From a virus (Duplodnaviria > Caudoviricetes), in the IMG/VR virus record IMGVR_UViG_3300020045_013843, positions 1 through 38,993 of that record: a stretch of 38,993 nt of DNA. One strand, written 5' to 3'. This document shows positions 1-9,478 of the stretch, piece by piece. Position 1 is the stretch's first letter; each line of letters starts with the position of its first letter. The notes beneath the pieces are model-generated. The model ran no database searches and was not told the origin of the DNA. It saw only the letters and a program-made list of their open reading frames with translations. Position numbers and translations under genes: made by a program.

Positions 1-760
1 AGAATTTTTCAGAGCATTGCATGGAAGAGAAAATTTCGTAGATGGGAAAAAATCTTTACTCACTACTCAATTTAATGGACAACTAGAGGAATGCCGGGCC
101 TTAGTATTTGATGAAGTCCACTTCGGGCAAGCAGAAGATAACGTACTTAAGGAAATAGCAAATAATAAAATCTCCATAGAAAGAAAAGGAGAGGATGCTA
201 CCAGGAGCTCCAATATATATTGCTCCATAATTTTGATGAACAACAACGTAAAGGATTTATATATAGAGCCGGATGCTAGGAGGTATTCTCCTTTACAGCT
301 AGGAAGAATTCCCCTTAATAAGGCAATGACCTCTGAAGAAATCTCGGAATTACTTGGAAAGTTTAAAGAAGGATCTCCCTCATTTGATATTGAGTTTATC
401 GCTAGAATTGGTCACTGGATTCTGGAGAAAGGTAAGAATGATAAATATGATACAGAGGCCCCTTATTTAGGACCTAAATTTTTTGAGCTAGTTCAAACAT
501 CTCTCACTGAATGGCAACAATTATTAGTGGGTCTGATAATGGAACAGAAAGCTGCGAATAATGATGTTCCCATACAGGCTTCATTTGTAGCTGATAAATT
601 TTCTAAAAAATCTAAAAATAAAAAATTCCCAATGGGTCCCTTACTTACTCATTTTATGAATACCTATAAGGATATAAATGGGGGGAAACTATTTTCGTAC
701 CAGTACTCTAAGGAGTTAGAGGATTACGAAATAACATATATAAAAGATGATTTAATTTAA
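1..760 (+). CDS. Primase-helicase C-terminal P-loop domain (DUF5906/NrS-1-like), 5'-truncated
   Basis: Frame is open from the window edge (EFFRALHG...). QFNGQL, Walker B-like ALVFDE, IERKG, IILMNN and DARRY motifs match phage primase-associated SF3 helicases. Confidence 0.8.
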   Translation, partial: EFFRALHGRENFVDGKKSLLTTQFNGQLEECRALVFDEVHFGQAEDNVLKEIANNKISIERKGEDATRSSNIYCSIILMNNNVKDLYIEPDARRYSPLQLGRIPLNKAMTSEEISELLGKFKEGSPSFDIEFIARIGHWILEKGKNDKYDTEAPYLGPKFFELVQTSLTEWQQLLVGLIMEQKAANNDVPIQASFVADKFSKKSKNKKFPMGPLLTHFMNTYKDINGGKLFSYQYSKELEDYEITYIKDDLI

Positions 761-769
761 GGGGTAAAG

Positions 770-820
770 ATGAAAGAGTTTGAAATTTTTAGAGGGTTAG
801 AAAATTACGAGAGGAAATAG
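770..820 (+). CDS. Possible 16-aa peptide MKEFEIFRGLENYERK
   Basis: GGGG SD-like motif at 761-764, ATG 770, TAG 818-820; fills the gap before the methyltransferase. Confidence 0.3.
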   Translation: MKEFEIFRGLENYERK

Positions 821-826
821 CCGAAA

Positions 827-1867
827 ATGAAATTAAAAATCCTATCCCTTTGTGATGGTATTGCCGTGGGGCTTCTCTCATTTATAGAGTTAGATCCTCT
901 ACTAGATATAGAATACCACGCAGTAGAAATTGATTCTTACGCTCGTAAAGTTGCCGATGACAATTTCCCAGAAATAATTAGATGGGAGAATGACGTTGAA
1001 TGGGTTACGAAAGGAGACATAGAAAAGAATGGGCCTTTTGATTGGGTTATCTTCGGTAGCCCCTGCCAGAGTTTCAGCGTGGCGGGGAACGGCAAAGGAC
1101 TGGACGGAAAATCTGGCCTCTTAATCAATTGCCTGGAAATTTTAAAATGGTGCCAAGAGTTTAATCCAAAGCTAAAATTCTTAATAGAAAATGTTAAAAT
1201 GAAGAAAGAATTCTTAGATCAATTTAATGCGTTAGTAGGTAGGAAAGGGTTTTTAATTAATTCTGCTCTTGTGTCGGCCCAGAAGAGGGAACGCTACTAC
1301 TGGACTCCCTTTGAACTTAGTCTTCCAGAAGATAGAGGAATATTTTTAGAGTCTGTTATAGAAAAAGATATTAACAGTAATTTATTTTTCGAACCTAAAA
1401 ATTTAGATAGAATTACTGAATCAAAAATTATTACTGACCCTAAAACATCTCCTCAGTTTGTAGATAGGCAAAAGGACTTTTGCCTGGATGCTAATTATTG
1501 GAAGGGTACTACTCTACGACAGTATTTGGAAAAGAGTAGGAGACAAGTAGTATTTGCCTATTCTTCTTCACAGAGAGAAACTTGTATTGAGCATAGAAGT
1601 AATCTCGGGGGGAAATCTAATACCCTCACTACAGGTAGCGGATGTTCTGGAGGATTGAAATCTTCAACTCTTGTCGGAGATATTGTAAAAGATAAATTAT
1701 TATTTAGAAAATTAACAGTAAGAGAGTGTGCTAGACTACAAACTATCCCAGATTGGTTTAGTTTTAAAAGCGTTTCAAACTCTCAAGCATACAAAGCAAT
1801 TGGTAATGGCTGGAATACAGAAACTATAAAACATATTCTAAAAATTGGATTAAGTAATGCCCTCTAA
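827..1867 (+). CDS. DNA (cytosine-5) methyltransferase, orphan
   Basis: Motif I SLCDGI, IV GSPCQSFS, VI ENV, VIII QKRERYYW, IX RKLTVRECARLQ, X YKAIGNGW. Confidence 0.95.
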   Translation: MKLKILSLCDGIAVGLLSFIELDPLLDIEYHAVEIDSYARKVADDNFPEIIRWENDVEWVTKGDIEKNGPFDWVIFGSPCQSFSVAGNGKGLDGKSGLLINCLEILKWCQEFNPKLKFLIENVKMKKEFLDQFNALVGRKGFLINSALVSAQKRERYYWTPFELSLPEDRGIFLESVIEKDINSNLFFEPKNLDRITESKIITDPKTSPQFVDRQKDFCLDANYWKGTTLRQYLEKSRRQVVFAYSSSQRETCIEHRSNLGGKSNTLTTGSGCSGGLKSSTLVGDIVKDKLLFRKLTVRECARLQTIPDWFSFKSVSNSQAYKAIGNGWNTETIKHILKIGLSNAL

Positions 1868-1940
1868 AGAGGAAGAAATATATATCTTTTAAATATACAG
1901 ATACTTTGTCAACTCGATTAAAAGGAACTTAGGATAAAAT

Positions 1941-2291
1941 ATGGACTTTGAATACCCTGCTCCAAAATCGGATAAGAGATTTAACTATTATTGGGATAGA
2001 AATTTAGGCAACATCACTTCTCGGGATAACTTCAAGCAGGAGCATTTGGATCAATTAGCGATTCTTTGTCAGATGTATGTTGATTGTGAAAAGATAGAAG
2101 CGGTAATCCAAGAAGATGGGATGACCTATGAATCCTCTGGAAGAAATGGGAAACAAATAAAAACTCATCCATTACTCACTCAATTGAATGTAGTAAGAAC
2201 CCATATTGCAGTTTACGCTAAAATGTTGGGACTTACCTTAAATAAAGATACCAAATTAAGAGAAAGTGAAGAGGAATTAAATTGGAAGTAG
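1941..2291 (+). CDS. terS: Terminase small subunit (P27 family)
   Basis: LAILCQMY...EDGMTY...KTHPLL...KMLGLT pattern; overlaps the start of the large subunit. Confidence 0.88.
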   Translation: MDFEYPAPKSDKRFNYYWDRNLGNITSRDNFKQEHLDQLAILCQMYVDCEKIEAVIQEDGMTYESSGRNGKQIKTHPLLTQLNVVRTHIAVYAKMLGLTLNKDTKLRESEEELNWK

Positions 2292-3973
2292 GGATACGTT
2301 CGAATCCATTTAATAAAGAAACTCATCCTAATGTTTATTCAGGACATGAATATGCCCTGGACGTAGTATTTGGAGTAATCCCCTCTTGTAAGTATGTTAA
2401 GGGGGCCGTCGAAAGATACTTATCTGATTTGAACCGTTCTAAAAATGTGGCCTATAATTATTTCTTTGATATTGACAGGGCCGAGAGATACCTAAGATTA
2501 GTCCAGAAATTTGAGCATGTGATAGGTACCTGGAATACTCCGAATATAGAGTACTCTCCATGGCAATGTCATTTATGGATGAACGTAATCGGATGGAGAT
2601 GGAAATCCGAGGATCGTCCTAGGTTTAGAGTTTGTCACGCGGAGCAGCCCCGGGGCCAAGGGAAATCCAGCATGGCAAGTCAAGCCGCTCTTTACTTCCT
2701 TGCTCTTGATAATCCTAAAGGAAACGCGGTCGAATGTTTCGCCACTAAAAAAGATCAAGCGAGAATTGTATTAGAGGCCTCTAGAGCAATGGCCAAGAAA
2801 AGCACTGGCTACCGAAACGCCACTGGGGTTAAAGTACTGGCCCACAAGATTATCCATGCGGCTTCCAACTCTTATATGCGAGCTCTCTCCTCTGATGAAG
2901 ATTCAATGGATGGTTTGAACTCTGTCCTTTCCATTATGGATGAACTCCACGCCATGTCTAGAGAGTTATATGATGTAGTTTATTCGGGTATGTCAAAACG
3001 TATAGATTCCCTCATGCTCTGTATCACTACAGCAGGTTTTAACAATGATGGAGTAGGGTATTCTCAATCCGCTTACGCGAAAAAAGTATGCATGGGAGAA
3101 GTCGTAGACGACCAGATGTATGCTATCGTGTACACCATAGATGAAGGGGATGACCTCTTTTCTGAGGCCACTTGGAAGAAGGCCAACCCAGGATACGGAA
3201 TTTCAGTGGACCCAGTTACCTTTACTGCCAAAGCAATGAAGGCAAGAACCTCCCCCGCGGATCTTCCAAACTTTAAAGTTAAGCATTTAAACATCTGGCT
3301 TTCTGAAGCTAGAGCATTTTTTGATATAGGGAAAATGAATCAATGCGCGAACCCCAATCTCCAATTAACAGACTTCTATGGAGAGAGCTGCTATGTGGGA
3401 ATCGACTTGGCCAGTAAACTAGATTTAACTGGATATGTCTTAATTTTTAAAAAAGAAAAAAAATATTTCTGGTTCACTAGGGCATTTATTCCTCAAGTAA
3501 CTTTTGATAATGAAAGATCCGATATGTACATCCAAGCAGCAGATAGAGGAGAGAATATTTATATGGGAGAAGGCTCTCAAATGATGATTCACAAACCCCT
3601 TACTATGACTTGGGGAAATCGTGATGAGCATGACAAATCGATTGCAATCCTAGATGGAATTCAATCTCAAATGGTAGGCATCTATGCAAGAAAAACGGGA
3701 AAGCCTAGAGAAGAAATTAATCAAATGCTTTCGGATGATTATTGGATGACCGCTGATAAAGCAGTAGAACTCGGATTTGCTACTGAGCTAATGGGAGAGG
3801 CAGATGGAATAAACGCTGCTGCTTCTATGATCCAATCAGCGAAGTGGATAAATCTAAGAAATGCCCCTGAGATGAAAGATACTCAAGCGAATAAAAAAAG
3901 AATGGAAGAACTAAAAAATAAGATTGAAGGCTCTATAGCTCGTATCTCGAACGCAGCATTGCCGAAAGCTTAA
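2282..3973 (+). CDS. terL: Terminase large subunit (C-terminally truncated) fused in frame to the C-terminal half of a ClpP-type prohead protease
   Basis: PWQ, Walker A PRGQGKS, Walker B IMDELH, ITTAG, WKKANP and nuclease start GIDLAS. After DRGE (3548-3553) the sequence becomes ClpP-like: NIYMGEGSQMMIHKP...YARKTGK...DYWMTADKAVELGFA. Confidence 0.9.
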   Translation: MEVGIRSNPFNKETHPNVYSGHEYALDVVFGVIPSCKYVKGAVERYLSDLNRSKNVAYNYFFDIDRAERYLRLVQKFEHVIGTWNTPNIEYSPWQCHLWMNVIGWRWKSEDRPRFRVCHAEQPRGQGKSSMASQAALYFLALDNPKGNAVECFATKKDQARIVLEASRAMAKKSTGYRNATGVKVLAHKIIHAASNSYMRALSSDEDSMDGLNSVLSIMDELHAMSRELYDVVYSGMSKRIDSLMLCITTAGFNNDGVGYSQSAYAKKVCMGEVVDDQMYAIVYTIDEGDDLFSEATWKKANPGYGISVDPVTFTAKAMKARTSPADLPNFKVKHLNIWLSEARAFFDIGKMNQCANPNLQLTDFYGESCYVGIDLASKLDLTGYVLIFKKEKKYFWFTRAFIPQVTFDNERSDMYIQAADRGENIYMGEGSQMMIHKPLTMTWGNRDEHDKSIAILDGIQSQMVGIYARKTGKPREEINQMLSDDYWMTADKAVELGFATELMGEADGINAAASMIQSAKWINLRNAPEMKDTQANKKRMEELKNKIEGSIARISNAALPKA

Positions 3974-4007
3974 TTTAATTACATAACTGTTTCATAGGAG
4001 GAACAAC

Positions 4008-5306
4008 GTGGAAGAATTACTAAAAAAGTTACAGGCAATCCAAGCTAGACTAGGAGTGCTTAGCGCACAAGAAGACTTCGCAGAAGGCGAACTAGAAGAA
4101 CTAGAGCAACTTGCAGAAGATGCTACAAAAATCGAAAGACAAATTAATGCTAAAAAAAGATCAGAAGAAATTCTGGCTTCAGCAAATAAAGGAACTGGCC
4201 GTCAAGTAGCTGGCTCACAGGCCGCTCCTGCTCCAAGAGTTCAAGTAGCTGAGTCGAAAGATGACCTACGCCACGGATTTAAATCTGCTGGAGAATTCTT
4301 CAAAGCGGTAGCAATCGCTTCTAACTCAAACAATATGCAAGTGGATGACCGATTAAAGAAATTCCAGAACGTATCTGCTCTAGAAAAAATTGGAGAAGAT
4401 GGTGGATTCTTAATCCCAACTGATTTCAGAAGCGAAATCATGAAGAAGATTTCAGGAGATGAGTCTCTTCTACCAAAAACTCGTCAATTCAGAACTTCTC
4501 TTAACAACATTACTATGCCTCTTTCTGAAACTGCTCCATGGGTCGGGACAGGAATCCAGGCAAAATGGGAAGGAGAGGCAGTTCAATATTCTGAATCTAA
4601 GCCTAAGCTAGGAGAGTTCTCTGCAAGACTACATAAGCTAACTGCTCTTGTACCTGTGTCAGAAGAACTTCTTTCAGACGCTCCTTTGCTAGAAAGCTTC
4701 CTTTCTTCTCAGGCCCCTGAAGCAATGGTACACAAAATCAACTCTGCTATCATTAACGGTACAGGTGTTGGTATGCCAAAAGGATTTTTACAATCTTCTT
4801 TCAAATATAAAGTGGCAAAAGAAGCAGGACCTCAAACTGCTGACACAATCATTTTTGAAAACATTGTAAAAATGCAAGCTAGAATTCTTCCAGCTTCTTT
4901 CGCTAGATCATTCTGGTTAGTAAACCCAGGAGTTATGGAACAACTAAGATTGATGGCATTCGTAAAAGGCGCTGCTTCTCCAGTTCCTGCTTACCTCCCT
5001 CCATCAGGATTGGCAGAAGCTCCTTATGGAACACTAATGGGCCGTCCAATTCTTCCAATGATGGGAGCTACTTCAGCTCTTGGAGATGAAGGGGATATCT
5101 CTCTAGTAGACCTAAGCTACTACTTCTCTCTAATCAAAACTGACCAGGTAACTTCTTCTATGTCAACTCACTTGTGGTTTGATAAAGACCTTGTGGCCTT
5201 CAAGTACTCTTTCAGAATGGGTGGAGCGGTTCCGTACCTTGCTCCTGTTACAACTGAAAAAGGTAACTTCGCAATGTCAGGTATCGTAACTCTAGAAGAT
5301 AGATAA
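4008..5306 (+). CDS. Major capsid protein, HK97 fold, with N-terminal coiled-coil delta domain
   Basis: GTG start with AGGAGG SD; DGGFLIP, WEGE, AIINGTGVGMPKG, GTLMGRPI and FDKDLVAFK motifs. Confidence 0.95.
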   Translation: MEELLKKLQAIQARLGVLSAQEDFAEGELEELEQLAEDATKIERQINAKKRSEEILASANKGTGRQVAGSQAAPAPRVQVAESKDDLRHGFKSAGEFFKAVAIASNSNNMQVDDRLKKFQNVSALEKIGEDGGFLIPTDFRSEIMKKISGDESLLPKTRQFRTSLNNITMPLSETAPWVGTGIQAKWEGEAVQYSESKPKLGEFSARLHKLTALVPVSEELLSDAPLLESFLSSQAPEAMVHKINSAIINGTGVGMPKGFLQSSFKYKVAKEAGPQTADTIIFENIVKMQARILPASFARSFWLVNPGVMEQLRLMAFVKGAASPVPAYLPPSGLAEAPYGTLMGRPILPMMGATSALGDEGDISLVDLSYYFSLIKTDQVTSSMSTHLWFDKDLVAFKYSFRMGGAVPYLAPVTTEKGNFAMSGIVTLEDR

Positions 5307-5314
5307 CATCTAAC

Positions 5315-5338
5315 TCCCCTCTTCGGAGGGGATTTTTT
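5315..5338 (+). terminator. Intrinsic terminator after the capsid gene
   Basis: TCCCCTC-TTCG-GAGGGGA followed by TTTTTT; C(UUCG)G tetraloop. Confidence 0.9.
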
Positions 5339-5388
5339 CTTGAAGTTTAATTTATTTTAAAATATTAATAGGATCTCGGAGGACACAA

Positions 5389-5868
5389 ATGGAACAATTT
5401 TTAGCAGAAGAAAAAGGGATTAAAGTATCGGCCCCTTATGATATGGATACTGTAACTACTAACGCTAGAATCTCTCTTGCCGAAGGCGATAGAGTAGCTA
5501 TCGTTTTAAACGTGGGTGACTCAGCAGCTTCAGTCGCTGACTTCACAATCAATCAACATGATGCTGCTACTGCGGGAAACACTAAAGTACTTGCTACTTT
5601 AAACCCATACTACAAAAAAGTTGGAGCAGCTACTAAGTTCACAAAAGTAGCCCCTACTGTAGCGACATCAAACTATGTACTAACAGCAGACCTTGCTACT
5701 GAGCCAGGAGTAATCGTATTCGAAGTACTAAGCGAAGACTTAGACAACGAAAACGGATACGGATACATCTCTATCGCAGCGGCTGATGCCACTGTGGCCA
5801 AATTGCTAGGCATTACTTACGTTGTAGGTAATATGAGAAGTAAACCTGCTTACTCAATCGACCTTTAA
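5389..5868 (+). CDS. Putative head decoration/structural protein
   Basis: GGAGG SD; Ala/Thr/Val-rich; LDNENGYGYI motif; directly after the capsid gene and with the same highly biased codon usage. Confidence 0.65.
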   Translation: MEQFLAEEKGIKVSAPYDMDTVTTNARISLAEGDRVAIVLNVGDSAASVADFTINQHDAATAGNTKVLATLNPYYKKVGAATKFTKVAPTVATSNYVLTADLATEPGVIVFEVLSEDLDNENGYGYISIAAADATVAKLLGITYVVGNMRSKPAYSIDL

Positions 5869-5873
5869 TTTAT

Positions 5874-5897
5874 AGGCCCTCTTCGGAGGGCTTTTCT
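5874..5897 (+). terminator. Intrinsic terminator
   Basis: GCCCTC-TTCG-GAGGGC followed by TTTTCT; shares CCCTCTTCGGAGGG with the 5315 hairpin. Confidence 0.8.
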
Positions 5898-5907
5898 CGG
5901 GAGTTTT

Positions 5908-6177
5908 ATGAATAAACTAAAAATTGAGTTTATTGAAGACGCTTTTTATGATGGCAAACTTGCCCATTTGAAAGGATCTATTGCAGAGCTTGATGAACAC
6001 ATGGCCCACAGATGGATCAAAAGAGGAAAGGCAATTGCCAGCATCTTAAAGCCAGAAATTAATCAGAAGGTAGAAGAAGCAAAATCTTTAGTAAAACCTA
6101 AATCTAAGCCAGTGAATAACTCACAACAACTTGCCAATAAAGTAATCGAGAAGGATACTACAGAAAACGATCTTTAA
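5908..6177 (+). CDS. Small head-associated protein
   Basis: GGGAG SD; N-terminal KG..AEL....A.RWIKRGKA domain typical of small genes after capsid genes; Lys-rich tail. Confidence 0.6.
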   Translation: MNKLKIEFIEDAFYDGKLAHLKGSIAELDEHMAHRWIKRGKAIASILKPEINQKVEEAKSLVKPKSKPVNNSQQLANKVIEKDTTENDL

Positions 6178-6182
6178 AAAAT

Positions 6183-7505
6183 TTGGTAAGTATGAACCTA
6201 TTAAATAAATTTGTAAATTTAGTCTATAAGTTACGACCGATCTCCTTAGTAAGATCGGTATTTAATTATGTGGCAGGGGTATCGGTAAATCCAGACTCGG
6301 CCATGCAAGTAGCCGCTTTTTACAGAGGGGTTACATATTTATCAGGTTCAATTGCTAATCTTCCGGTTGAAATTAAGGATAAGTCCAACAATATCCTGGA
6401 TACGGATAGGGTATCCTATCTCCTAAATGTCTCCGTAAATCCCGAAATGAATGCCCACGTATTCAAATTGCTTATGATGGCCACTGCAATTCTTCACGGG
6501 AATTTTTACGCTGAGATTGAGAGGGATGTATTTGGCAGACCTGTATACCTCTGGCCTATTTACGAGTATGATGTACAGCCCTGGAGAGATGAAGAGGGAG
6601 TACTTTGGTACAGAGTTATTGGAGGAAGCCGAGTTCACGTAGGATTCGATGCTTTAATTTCCCCTAAGAATATGTTCCATATTCGAAACATATTTACTAA
6701 GGATGGTTTCAGCGGGCAAGGAGTAGTATCCTACGGAAAAACTACTTTAGGAATAAGTCTCAGTGCTGACAATATGGCCTCTAATCTCTATAAAAATATG
6801 GGAATGCCTGCGGGTATTTTATCCTTTGAAGGAACTCTTTCTAAGGATGCTGCTGCTAGAGTAAAAGAACAATGGGGAGCAGCTAACGGAGGAGACAAGG
6901 TAGGAGGAACTGCTGTCTTAGAACAGGGAGCAAAATTCCAGCCGCTAAACATTACTCCTGACGTCCTTCAATTTTTAGAGAGCAGAAAGTTTGGAGTCCT
7001 AGAAATAGCTAGGTTCTTGGGAGTACCTCCTACAAAACTTTATGATGGTGATTCTTCTTCATACAACAATATTGAACATAACAATTTAGAAGTAGCTACC
7101 GATACCTTAAATACCTGGTGCCGTATTATAGAGGCCGAAGCAGATATGAAACTGCTTAATGGTCAGTTTGCCGGGAAATTTGTGGAGCTTGATCTCTACG
7201 ATGTTTTCCGAGGAGACATGGATAAACGGTCTCAGTATTATACTCGTCTATTTAACATCGGTGCTATTACCTCAAATGAAATTAGGAATAAAGAAGGAAG
7301 AGCTCCTTATGTAGATGGGAATTCTTTCTATGTGGCCTCAAATAATTTAACTCCAGTAGAAAGATTAAATGAAATCATTGACGCTAATATTGAGAGCAAG
7401 GAGGCCAAGACAGATAAGGCAGAATCAGAAGATATTCCTCCTACCAAAGAAGATGACTCAGAATTAAATAAAGCGATTACCGACTACATAAAAAAGAAGA
7501 CCTAG
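6183..7505 (+). CDS. Portal protein, HK97 family (ATG 6192 is an alternative start)
   Basis: AMQVAAFY, IANLP, NPEMN, LHGNFY, FHIR, VLEQGAKF, QFLESRKF, EIARFLGVPP and TSNEIR motifs. Confidence 0.95.
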   Translation: MVSMNLLNKFVNLVYKLRPISLVRSVFNYVAGVSVNPDSAMQVAAFYRGVTYLSGSIANLPVEIKDKSNNILDTDRVSYLLNVSVNPEMNAHVFKLLMMATAILHGNFYAEIERDVFGRPVYLWPIYEYDVQPWRDEEGVLWYRVIGGSRVHVGFDALISPKNMFHIRNIFTKDGFSGQGVVSYGKTTLGISLSADNMASNLYKNMGMPAGILSFEGTLSKDAAARVKEQWGAANGGDKVGGTAVLEQGAKFQPLNITPDVLQFLESRKFGVLEIARFLGVPPTKLYDGDSSSYNNIEHNNLEVATDTLNTWCRIIEAEADMKLLNGQFAGKFVELDLYDVFRGDMDKRSQYYTRLFNIGAITSNEIRNKEGRAPYVDGNSFYVASNNLTPVERLNEIIDANIESKEAKTDKAESEDIPPTKEDDSELNKAITDYIKKKT

Positions 7506-7518
7506 GCCAGGGGTAAAC

Positions 7519-9054
7519 TTGGATAATAAAGTACTTATTGGTCTTCTAGATATTCTAATCAAAGAGGCCATAGCCGAGATTCATATACCCGAAGCAATCC
7601 AGGGTCCAAGGGGAAGAGATGGGCTCCCCGGTGCCGATTTTTCTTTTGAAGACCACTCCGCAGCTATCCAAAATATTATTGTCTCCAATCTCCCCTCTAG
7701 GGAAGAACTCGTGGGTCCATCTGGAAAGGATGGAGTCAATGGAGAGAATGGATTAGATGGGAAAGATTTTGTATTTGAAGAACACTCCGAAAAAATATCT
7801 TCTCTATTAAATACTCATTTCAGTGAAATAAAAGACTCCTTAAAATTGAGATTTGAAGACCTCACTATTGATGAGATGGAATCTTTAAGAGGAGTAGCCG
7901 GACCTAGAGGAAAAGATGGAGAGGCGGGAAAAGATTTTATATTCGAGGATCACTCCGAAAAAATTTCTTCTGCTATTCTCTCCTACATAGAATCCATCAA
8001 AGAACAATTCAAATTAACTTTTGAAGGACTGACTCAAGAAGAAAAGGATTCTTTAAGAGGAGAAAAAGGGGAGAGAGGGAACCCAGGAAGAGATTTTCAT
8101 TTTGAAGAACATCAAAACGAAATAAAGGAGCAACTCGAAACTTTTCTCCCTGGAATGAAACTAAAGTTTTCGGATCTTTCCTCGGAGGAAGTGGCCCAAT
8201 TGAAATTGACCTTCTCCGACCTTTCTGAGCAAGAAAAAGATTCTCTCAAGGGAAAGGAAGGGGCCAGAGGACAGAGAGGAGCTAGAGGGGCAATTGGAGA
8301 GCGAGGGAGCCAATGGAGTTCTGGAGAAGGGATTCCTTCTACTGGAGCCTCCGCTGGAGATTGCTACTTAGATATTTCCACTGGAGATTTTTATTACTTT
8401 GATTCCAAGTGGGAGCTAAAAGGAAGTATAAAAGGCCTCAAGGGAGAGAATGGAAAGGATGGTAAAATAGGGACTGCTGGAAGGGTAGGGCCAAAGGGGA
8501 AAGATGGTTTAGATGCTGCCTATATCACAGATATAAAATCCTATGTAAATTACTTAACTAACCAACTTTATTTTATTTTCTATTTTAGTGATGCCACAAC
8601 TATAACTACTAATGGAGTAGATTTTCCTAAAGCTGAATCTTCTGGAGGGCAGACGAACGTAATAGTCAATATGTCCAATAATGGAGAGGACGCAGGAACT
8701 ATAATTCCTAATGTTTCATGTGACACAGATGTTTATGTGGGAGCAGCAGTTTATAGATTAGGAGGAGTGGCTAAAAATGGGATTGCTACCTCTTCTGCCA
8801 CTTCTAACATTATCGGAATAGTGGAATCGAAACAAACGGCCAATATTTGTACTCTGCGAGTAGCCGGGGTTACAGGAGATATTTTCTCAGGCCTAGATGA
8901 AACGAAAGAATATTACTTGAGTGATACTGTCCCTGGATTAATTTCTACCGCTGCCATTCAGAACATTACTGGATATATTGTTTTAAAACTAGGTCAACCG
9001 TACGACTCAGGCCGATTCCTATTTATGAAGGGAATTGCTACGGTGAAGGCATAA
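7519..9054 (+). CDS. Collagen-like head/neck fibre with C-terminal cement-like domain
   Basis: TTG start. Six short Gly-X-Y runs separated by DFxFE(D/E)H...LKLxF(E/S)xL...SL(R/K)G units. C-terminus GLDETKEYYLSDTVPG...VLKLG resembles capsid cement/fibre anchor domains. Confidence 0.7.
   Translation: MDNKVLIGLLDILIKEAIAEIHIPEAIQGPRGRDGLPGADFSFEDHSAAIQNIIVSNLPSREELVGPSGKDGVNGENGLDGKDFVFEEHSEKISSLLNTHFSEIKDSLKLRFEDLTIDEMESLRGVAGPRGKDGEAGKDFIFEDHSEKISSAILSYIESIKEQFKLTFEGLTQEEKDSLRGEKGERGNPGRDFHFEEHQNEIKEQLETFLPGMKLKFSDLSSEEVAQLKLTFSDLSEQEKDSLKGKEGARGQRGARGAIGERGSQWSSGEGIPSTGASAGDCYLDISTGDFYYFDSKWELKGSIKGLKGENGKDGKIGTAGRVGPKGKDGLDAAYITDIKSYVNYLTNQLYFIFYFSDATTITTNGVDFPKAESSGGQTNVIVNMSNNGEDAGTIIPNVSCDTDVYVGAAVYRLGGVAKNGIATSSATSNIIGIVESKQTANICTLRVAGVTGDIFSGLDETKEYYLSDTVPGLISTAAIQNITGYIVLKLGQPYDSGRFLFMKGIATVKA
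7600..8520 (+). repeat. Degenerate coding repeats (collagen run plus helical spacer)
   Basis: Four DFxFEDH/EEH units; DNA similarity e.g. CACTCCGAAAAAAT near 7784 and 7951. Confidence 0.75.
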
Positions 9055-9055
9055 T

Positions 9056-9460
9056 ATGACGACTAGAAAATTAATAGTACTCGTAGATAATGTCCATTCG
9101 GAACTCCCAGTAGGAGATGACGTAGATTTATCTTTTGCCAACGTGTGGACCCGAGTAAAAGTAAATGTCGTAGCAGGGACTACGGAGAATCTAGGCCTGT
9201 ATCCTATTTCTTCTTTCATATCTGCAAAATATATAATTACAGTTTATAACAAGGTGCAGGGATTGGTAGGACAGCTTGAATACTCTATCCGATACGATGG
9301 AACTAATGTAAAATCTAGTAGAAGTGGGAAGATAGGAAATTTTCCGAGCTACATACTGGCCGAAGGAATAGTAGGAAGCGATGTAGAGATCACTTTTGAA
9401 AATTTAGAATTGTTTGACGTTACCGTAGAATTTTCCAAGTTACTTTTTAAAGAGCCTTAA
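9056..9460 (+). CDS. Putative virion structural protein
   Basis: SAKYIITV...YDGTNV...GKIG beta-rich domain; coupled to the upstream gene. Confidence 0.55.
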   Translation: MTTRKLIVLVDNVHSELPVGDDVDLSFANVWTRVKVNVVAGTTENLGLYPISSFISAKYIITVYNKVQGLVGQLEYSIRYDGTNVKSSRSGKIGNFPSYILAEGIVGSDVEITFENLELFDVTVEFSKLLFKEP

Positions 9461-9478
9461 TACCCAGGGAGGGGAGAC

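Noticed and set aside
827-1867. Restriction-modification system
   Set aside because: No adjacent endonuclease; orphan MTases are common in phages, and the two HNH genes are distant.
1906-1940. Late promoter TTGTCA-18-TAGGAT before terS
   Set aside because: The putative -10 coincides with the AGGA ribosome-binding site and the spacing is suboptimal; it cannot be supported without TSS data.
1868-1940. cos site or replication origin in AT-rich gaps (also 34215-34335 and 36860-36900)
   Set aside because: No recognisable cos or iteron pattern; genome ends cannot be inferred from sequence alone.
3548-3973. Intein or intron explaining the TerL/ClpP junction
   Set aside because: No C/S...HN intein ends, and TerL sequence does not resume downstream; the segment is plainly ClpP-like.
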